A DNA stretch of 64,000 nucleotides from an uncultured Candidatus Binatia bacterium. GTDB lineage: Bacteria > Desulfobacterota > Binatia > Bin18. The position numbers were made by a program, and so were the translations under genes. Below, piece after piece: positions 58,393-64,000 of this stretch (positions are counted from its first letter, which is position 1; every line of letters starts with the position of its first letter). The notes beneath the pieces are model-generated. The model saw only the letters and a program-made list of their open reading frames with translations. It had not been told where the DNA came from and made no database searches. The stretch spans positions 1,696,001 to 1,760,000 of the forward strand of contig OZ241744.1 in the NCBI GenBank assembly GCA_965200965.1, written 5' to 3'.

Positions 58393-61300
58393 TCAGGCGG
58401 CACGGATGACGAGCCAGCTGACAAGTTCAAAGTCATCGTCGGGCGTGCCGGCACTGGAAGCCACCGGCAGCTTGAAATCGCGGTTGCTGCGCAGCTGGGC
58501 GACCTGGGTGGCGTGGTTCGCCTCGTCGATGTGGGCAAGCACCGCCTGCACCAGCCGGTCGTACCGGGCCATGTTCCGGCCGTGGCGGGTTTCGCGGTCA
58601 AACTGGTCGCACAGCCGTTGCAGCGGCTTGGTCCTGCCCTCTGCCGCGGCCTCAAATACGTCGAGCGCCTGCCGGGCGTTGGTGCAGCCGTGGCGGATGT
58701 CGCCGGTCTCGTGGATGTAGACCGCATAAAAGGGATGGATCGGGCTGGCCGCTTTTTCGCGCCTGTCCGTGCCGGCCCCACGCTGGCGCAGAAAAAATAT
58801 CGCGCCGGGTTGGGCCGGGCCGTCCGTGACCGCGTACACCCCGGCCGGCGTGGCTTCGAGTTCGGCCCGGTTTTTTTCGAGATAGCGCAGGAGCTGGGCA
58901 AAGAAATAATCCAGGGTGAAATCGCTCATCACCACGCCGTCGTCCAGCTCGTCGAGGTCCAGCACCTCTTCCTGCAACTGGCGGAGCTGCCGGTCACGGA
59001 AGTTCAACTCCATCTGGGCCTGCGCAAAGGTGAAGGTGTTCAGCGGGTCGTCATCACCGCTGGCCGCGGCGTCGGCCAGCGCCATGCGTGCCTCAACCCG
59101 GCTTTGCAGGCGGAGATAGACATCCATGTCTTTGGTCGGCCAGTAGTTAATCATCCGCACCCTTGTGTTGCGGCTGCCGATGCGCTCAATCCGCCCAAAG
59201 CGCTGGATGAGGCGGACCGGATTCCAGTGAATGTCATAGTTCAGCACGGTGTCGCAGTCCTGGAGGTTCTGCCCCTCTGAAATGCAGTCGGTGGCGATCA
59301 GCAGGTCAATGTCGCCCTCAACCCCCGCGGCCCGGCCCCGCGCCCGGGGGGCAAAGTTGCTCAGGATAGCGTTGAAATTGTTGTCGCCGTAACTGGTATG
59401 GGTCACATCGCCCGACACCATCGCCATGTGCAGCCCCAGTTCATCGGCCAGCCCGCGCAACTCCCGGTAGAGATATTCGGCCGTGTCCCTGAAGGTAGTG
59501 AACACCAGCAGCTTGCGGTTTGGCCGGCCGTCGCGGTCGGTCGGCGGGCAGGCCACCTTGTGGCGCAGCTCGCTCCGCATCTCGTTGAGCTTGCCGTCCC
59601 GCTCCGGCGTGATGGTCTTCAACTCGTCCAGGACCGCGCTCAGGGTGTGCCGGTCGCGGCGGACATCGGCCTGCCAGCGGGGCAGGTCCAGCTCCCGCAG
59701 GTGATACGGGCGGCGCGCCCGATTGACCAGGAACTCCTCATCGTCTTCGTCAGGCTCGGGCAGGATATCGCCCGGCATCTCCGCGCCGCGGTGTTCGTGG
59801 CCATGCTGCTCGTAGTCGGCGATCCTGGCCAGCAAGCTGTCCATTTTGTCAATGGTGCGGCCCAGGGTTTCCGCCAGAGCATAGGCCGAACTCTCCAGCC
59901 GCTTCAGAAAGTTCGTCCGCATCATGCCGAGCAGGAAGCGCTCGCGGTCTTCCTGATTGAAGTTTCTCTCCCGCTTTTCCCGGACCAGGACCTGCTTTGC
60001 CTTCTGGCTCACCAGGTACTCGGAGGGCCTGTAGATGGACAGGGCGAATTGGCCGATCTGCTCGGACAGGGCTGTGTACGACAGCGCCCCGTCCAGGTCG
60101 GTCGGCGGGTAGCGGTTGTCCGGCTGCCGGGTTGTGGGAAACTCGCCGATGGTCTGCATTTCTTCGGCGTAGAAGGTCTTGATCTGCCGCCGCGAGCGGG
60201 CGATGGACACGCCGCCGAGCAACTGGAAAAAATCGGCCCCGAGTTTTTCCAGCAGGTGCGCCTTATCTTTTGGCCCGGCCTTGTCCTGCCAGTCGCTGAA
60301 CGCCTTCTGGGCCCGGCCCAGCACCGTGCCGATATGGCTGATGCCCAGACTGTCGCGGAACACATCCTCGCGCTTTTCGGTCATAAGATAGATCTGGTTG
60401 CGCAGGTCAAGAAGCGAGGTGTTGACCGGGGTGGCCGACAGCATCAGCACCCTGGTTTGCGCCCCGTGCCGGATGACTTCTTCCAGCAGCCGTGCGTAGC
60501 GGCTGCGGCCCACCCGCCCGCTGGCGTCGGGCCGGGGCCTGGTGTCGTTGCGGAAGTTGTGCGACTCGTCAATCACCACCAGATCAAAATTGCTCCAGTT
60601 GAAGCGTGCCAGGTCAATATCCCCGGCCCTGCCGGTGTCGCGGGACAGGTCGGTGTGCGACAGCAGGCTGTAGCCGAAACGGTCGGCGAGAAAGGGGTTG
60701 TCGGTCTGGGCGTGGACAGCCGGATACAAGGCCCAGTTGTCACGCAGTTTTTTTGGGCATAGCACCAGCACCCGTTCGTTGCGCAGTTCAAAGAACTTGA
60801 TGACCGCCAGCGCGGTATAGGTCTTCCCCAAGCCCACGCTGTCGGCCAGGATGCAGCCCTTGTGGCGCAGCAGACGGGCGATGACGCTCTTGGCCCCGTC
60901 TTTCTGGAAGCCGTACAGCGCCTTCCAGATGGCGGTGTCGTACAGGTGGGTGTCGGACAGGTCGCGCTCGCCGGCCTGTCTGGCTTCCAGCTCGTCGCCG
61001 AACAGCTCAAACAGGGTCTTGTAGTAGACGAGTTCCGGCGCGTGGTCCTTGCCGAGGCGGGCCAGCGCGTCCAGTACCTCGTGTTTCACGTCGCTGGTCA
61101 GCGCGGTATCGGCCCAGATAGCGTCAAACCAGTGCCGCAGGTCGGCGCGTATCTCTTCGGAGGCGCTTGCCAGGTTGATTTCCATGTTGGTGCCGGGGCC
61201 GCAGCCCAGCCCCCTCCGGGTGAAATTCGAGCTGCCCACCACCGCCACACCCCCGGCGGCCCCAGACTCGGCGAGATACATCTTGCCGTGCAGAAAACTG

Positions 61301-61647
61301 GACTGACTGATGGAGCGGATTTTGACCCGCCCGCTCTGGACCCAGGCGGTGCAGTCCCGGGCGAGGTGTGTCTGCCGCAAGGTGTGGCTGGGCGACAACC
61401 GGCCTTCGGTCAGGCAGAAGGCTTTGGGGTCTTTTGGCCCGGGGTCCACTTCGCCGACCGAGGCCGGGTCGCCGAACAGAAACCGCACATCTTTGATGCC
61501 GCTCAGTTCGTGCTGGAGTGCCTCATAGCCGTAAATGCTGAAATAGGCCGAAACCAGGCGAAAGACTGTGGCGTCCGCCAGACCCTGGCGCAGGTAGTCA
61601 ACGACCGGGCGGGAGTGGTTGTCCAGAATGTGTTCGTATCTCTGCAT
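58393..61647 (-). CDS. Phospholipase D-like nuclease fused to SNF2-family helicase
   Basis: LHGKMY...GSSNFT (PLD); LADSVGLGKT, DESH, SATP, EGQNLQ, QRFGRI.RIG. Confidence 0.92.
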   Translation of the reverse strand: MQRYEHILDNHSRPVVDYLRQGLADATVFRLVSAYFSIYGYEALQHELSGIKDVRFLFGDPASVGEVDPGPKDPKAFCLTEGRLSPSHTLRQTHLARDCTAWVQSGRVKIRSISQSSFLHGKMYLAESGAAGGVAVVGSSNFTRRGLGCGPGTNMEINLASASEEIRADLRHWFDAIWADTALTSDVKHEVLDALARLGKDHAPELVYYKTLFELFGDELEARQAGERDLSDTHLYDTAIWKALYGFQKDGAKSVIARLLRHKGCILADSVGLGKTYTALAVIKFFELRNERVLVLCPKKLRDNWALYPAVHAQTDNPFLADRFGYSLLSHTDLSRDTGRAGDIDLARFNWSNFDLVVIDESHNFRNDTRPRPDASGRVGRSRYARLLEEVIRHGAQTRVLMLSATPVNTSLLDLRNQIYLMTEKREDVFRDSLGISHIGTVLGRAQKAFSDWQDKAGPKDKAHLLEKLGADFFQLLGGVSIARSRRQIKTFYAEEMQTIGEFPTTRQPDNRYPPTDLDGALSYTALSEQIGQFALSIYRPSEYLVSQKAKQVLVREKRERNFNQEDRERFLLGMMRTNFLKRLESSAYALAETLGRTIDKMDSLLARIADYEQHGHEHRGAEMPGDILPEPDEDDEEFLVNRARRPYHLRELDLPRWQADVRRDRHTLSAVLDELKTITPERDGKLNEMRSELRHKVACPPTDRDGRPNRKLLVFTTFRDTAEYLYRELRGLADELGLHMAMVSGDVTHTSYGDNNFNAILSNFAPRARGRAAGVEGDIDLLIATDCISEGQNLQDCDTVLNYDIHWNPVRLIQRFGRIERIGSRNTRVRMINYWPTKDMDVYLRLQSRVEARMALADAAASGDDDPLNTFTFAQAQMELNFRDRQLRQLQEEVLDLDELDDGVVMSDFTLDYFFAQLLRYLEKNRAELEATPAGVYAVTDGPAQPGAIFFLRQRGAGTDRREKAASPIHPFYAVYIHETGDIRHGCTNARQALDVFEAAAEGRTKPLQRLCDQFDRETRHGRNMARYDRLVQAVLAHIDEANHATQVAQLRSNRDFKLPVASSAGTPDDDFELVSWLVIRAA

Positions 61648-61672
61648 TGAGGCGTCTCTCGCCTGGACCTGC

Positions 61673-62605
61673 CTATCCGGCCCACCCCCCGGTTTGCACA
61701 TAGCGGGCCGCGGCCAGCCCCGCGGTTGCGCCGTCGCCGGCCGCGGAGACCAGCTGGCGCGACGACTCGGCACGCACATCGCCGGCCGCCAGGATGCCCG
61801 GTACCGCGGTCCGCATCTGGAGGTCGGTCAGAATCTGGCCCCGGGCGTTCAGGGCAACGCGCCCGTTGAGAAAGCCGGTGTTGGGCCTGAGACCGACATA
61901 GATGAAGACGCCGGCGGCCTCAAGGCGGGAGGACTGGCCGGTTTGCAGGTCTTCGAGGTGTACCCGCTCAACACCCTCGCCGCCCTCAATCGCCCGCAGC
62001 GCGGTATTCCACCGGAAGCGCAGTTTGTCGGCTTGCCGGGCGCGGTCCTGGAGGGCGCGGCAGGCCCGCAGCGTGTCCCGGCGGTGGACCAGCGTGACCG
62101 CTGAGGCATACCCGGTGAGGTGCAGGCCCTCGTCCAGTGCGGCATCACCACCGCCGACCACCACCACCGGCTTGTCCATGAAAAACGCGCCGTCGCAGGC
62201 CGCGCAGTGCGACACGCCCCTGCCGGCAAAGGCTGCCTCACCCGGAATGTCCAGGCTGGCAAAGCGCGAGCCGCTGGCCACAATCAGGGCCCTGGCCCGC
62301 AGCTCGCCGGCGTCGGTATCCAGTACCCTGTCCGCGCCCTCCAGCCGGACCGAGGCCACCTCGCTCAGTCGCATGTCCAGGCCAAAGCTCATGGCCTGCT
62401 GCTGCAACAGCGGCCCCAGCGTATAGCCGGCCACCCCGTCGGGAAAGCCGGGGTAGTTTTCAATCCGCTCGCAGTTGAGGACCTGGCCGCCGGCCGAAAA
62501 GCGTTCCAGCAGGACGGTCCGGCAGCCGGCCCGGGCCGCGTACAGGCCGGCGCTGAAGCCGGCCGCCCCGCCGCCGATAACGATAATGTCGCAGGTCCCA
62601 GCCAT
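61673..62605 (-). CDS. trxB: Thioredoxin reductase
   Basis: IGGGAAG, IENYPGF, GVSHCAACDG (CxxC), GGGDAA, AAGDV. Confidence 0.92.
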   Translation of the reverse strand: MAGTCDIIVIGGGAAGFSAGLYAARAGCRTVLLERFSAGGQVLNCERIENYPGFPDGVAGYTLGPLLQQQAMSFGLDMRLSEVASVRLEGADRVLDTDAGELRARALIVASGSRFASLDIPGEAAFAGRGVSHCAACDGAFFMDKPVVVVGGGDAALDEGLHLTGYASAVTLVHRRDTLRACRALQDRARQADKLRFRWNTALRAIEGGEGVERVHLEDLQTGQSSRLEAAGVFIYVGLRPNTGFLNGRVALNARGQILTDLQMRTAVPGILAAGDVRAESSRQLVSAAGDGATAGLAAARYVQTGGWAG

Positions 62606-62656
62606 AGTGATACCCCCCACCGGAACAGTCCCGAATCATACACAGGTTTGCGGGCC

Positions 62657-62800
62657 TCAGCCACGCGCCTCAGGCGGTCGTCCGAAAAACGGAATCAGCG
62701 CCAGCAGCATGGCGTAGGTCAGACCCATAGCTTGCAGATGCAGCAGGTCTTCACGCAGCCGCCAGCCGGCAACCTTGAAAAAATGGCCCAGGGGGGCGGT
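62657..62800 (-). pseudogene. Fragment resembling the YihY/BrkB N-terminus
   Basis: RLREDLLHLQAMGLTYAMLLALIPF resembles the first YihY transmembrane motif; the frame stops soon after. Confidence 0.5.
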
Positions 62801-63018
62801 CAAGCAGGTCACAGCCGGCCAGTTCAGCACCCGGCCACTATAGCCCGATACACCGCCAAACCGAAGAGGCGCAGCCGCGTCTTTCCGCGCAACCGGCGGC
62901 ACGGTTGACATATGCCGCCAGAATGGGCTAAGCGTTGTGCCAAAGAAGCCTGAAAACGAAATCAGCCCTTGCGCAAGGCCGCCGAGGGTGCTCAGTTGGC
63001 CGGCAGGCGGGCGTCAAT

Positions 63019-64000
63019 ATGGCCCGAAAAGTGGAAAAAACAGAACGCTATCTGAATACGCGCCACGCCGGCCTCACCGGTCTGCTACTCCTGTGCGGCC
63101 TGCTGTTGACCCTTGCCCCCACGGCCAGGGCGCAAACAGCCACCTCCACGCCGGCCGCAACCCTCACCGTCACCACCCTTACGGATGACGCCAAAACGCC
63201 GGCACCGGGGTCTCTCCGCTATCAGGTGAACCGGGCCAAGGCCATGTCTACCTCGACGACAATCATTTTCGACCCGGCCCTCAGTGGCGGCACCATCACG
63301 CCCACCCGCCGGCTGGAGCTCTCTGGCAACATACATCTCCTCGCCCAGGATGCCGCCGGGATGTCCATTGGTATGACGCTCGATGGGTCACGGCTCCCGG
63401 CTGGCAATGATGTGCTGACCATCTCTTCCAACACCGCCACCGTTTCGGGATTCGATATCGTCAACTTCGCCGATGCGGGCATCGCCGTCTCAGGCTCTTG
63501 GAGATGCCCGGCCAAGGCACGGGTCACGATCTCCGATAATGTCCTGATAGTAGCCACTTCTACGGCCGTCGGGATTGAGGTGGGCAGTGGCACCCGCCGG
63601 TGCTCCGCCGTGACCATCAGCGAGAATCGGATCGCGGCGGATACGTCTGAGCCGGAAAGCCGAGGGGCCGGCATCTACATTACTGTCGAGGGGTTTAGCG
63701 CCAGGGCGGCCGCCACCGTGTCCGGTAATACTATCACCGGGGCCGGCATCCGCTTTGAAAACGCTGGCGACGGGGGTACCAATGAGATGACCGCCACCGT
63801 GTCCGGTAATACTATCACCGGGGCCGGCATCCGCTTTGAAAACACTGGCGGCAGGGGTATCTACAGGCTAAAGGCCACCGTGTCCGGTAATACTATCACC
63901 GGGGCCGGCATCCACTTTGAAGACGATGCCCGCCGCGGGGTTTTCCCCTATGATTATGATCCCGGTCATCGCAGGCTAAAGGCCACCGTGTCCGGTAATA
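63019..64000 (+). CDS. Secreted right-handed beta-helix (pectin-lyase-fold) protein, truncated by the window end; absent from the ORF track
   Basis: Open from ATG 63019 to the edge: MARKVEK..GLLLLCGLLLTLAPTARA signal peptide; TVTTLTDD..PGSLR..TTIIFDPALSGGTI; repeated ATVSGNTITGAGI.F units. Confidence 0.85.
   Translation, partial: MARKVEKTERYLNTRHAGLTGLLLLCGLLLTLAPTARAQTATSTPAATLTVTTLTDDAKTPAPGSLRYQVNRAKAMSTSTTIIFDPALSGGTITPTRRLELSGNIHLLAQDAAGMSIGMTLDGSRLPAGNDVLTISSNTATVSGFDIVNFADAGIAVSGSWRCPAKARVTISDNVLIVATSTAVGIEVGSGTRRCSAVTISENRIAADTSEPESRGAGIYITVEGFSARAAATVSGNTITGAGIRFENAGDGGTNEMTATVSGNTITGAGIRFENTGGRGIYRLKATVSGNTITGAGIHFEDDARRGVFPYDYDPGHRRLKATVSGN
63712..64000 (+). repeat. Intragenic repeat: 48-bp constant block with variable in-frame inserts
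   Basis: GCCACCGTGTCCGGTAATACTATCACCGGGGCCGGCATCCRCTTTGAA starts at 63712, 63793, 63874 and 63982 (last copy cut off); periods 81, 81 and 108 bp. Confidence 0.92.

Noticed and set aside
56598-61650. Long plus-strand ORFs (526, 330, 454 and 262 aa) opposite the methylase and helicase
   Set aside because: No recognisable motifs; typical antisense shadows of high-GC coding sequence.
63712-64000. Repeat-spacer pattern read as a second CRISPR array
   Set aside because: All periods are multiples of three, the unit lies in an open frame encoding beta-helix rungs, and it lacks CRISPR-like ends; reported as an intragenic repeat instead.

Overview
GC-rich bacterial chromosomal window with four parts. 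(1) 1-10.5 kb: a complete type I-C CRISPR-Cas locus on the minus strand (cas3-cas5-cas8c-cas7-cas4-cas1-cas2, leader, then 37 identical 38-bp repeats; the array runs off the left edge). (2) 10.6-48 kb: mostly housekeeping and metabolic genes (murJ, acyl-CoA ligase, DUF1302, HpaB-like monooxygenase, glmU-glmS, selA plus tRNA-Sec, hisS, transporters, acyl-CoA dehydrogenase, htpX, menA, BCCT). Two small defence islets interrupt them: a frameshifted aspartic protease with DUF262 and a frameshifted HEPN gene, and a NotI-family endonuclease with an adenine methylase. This part also holds a TrpC homologue that has lost most catalytic residues. (3) 48.1-61.6 kb: a co-oriented defence island (PLD-SNF2 helicase, type IIG/Eco57I-like methylase, two FRG-TPR units, a small ORF, Schlafen/AlbA_2-HATPase, ParA-like ATPase). 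The most unusual structure in the window is here: the units are separated by GTAG-type REP palindromes that supply the upstream genes' stop codons, and each FRG gene is preceded by a ~48-bp relic of the methylase's own 3' end, which suggests REP-bounded cassette stacking at the tail of the methylase gene. (4) 61.7-64 kb: trxB, a YihY fragment, and a secreted beta-helix protein missed by the ORF track, built from near-identical DNA scaffolds with variable in-frame loops. All calls come from reading motifs by eye; no database searches were run.
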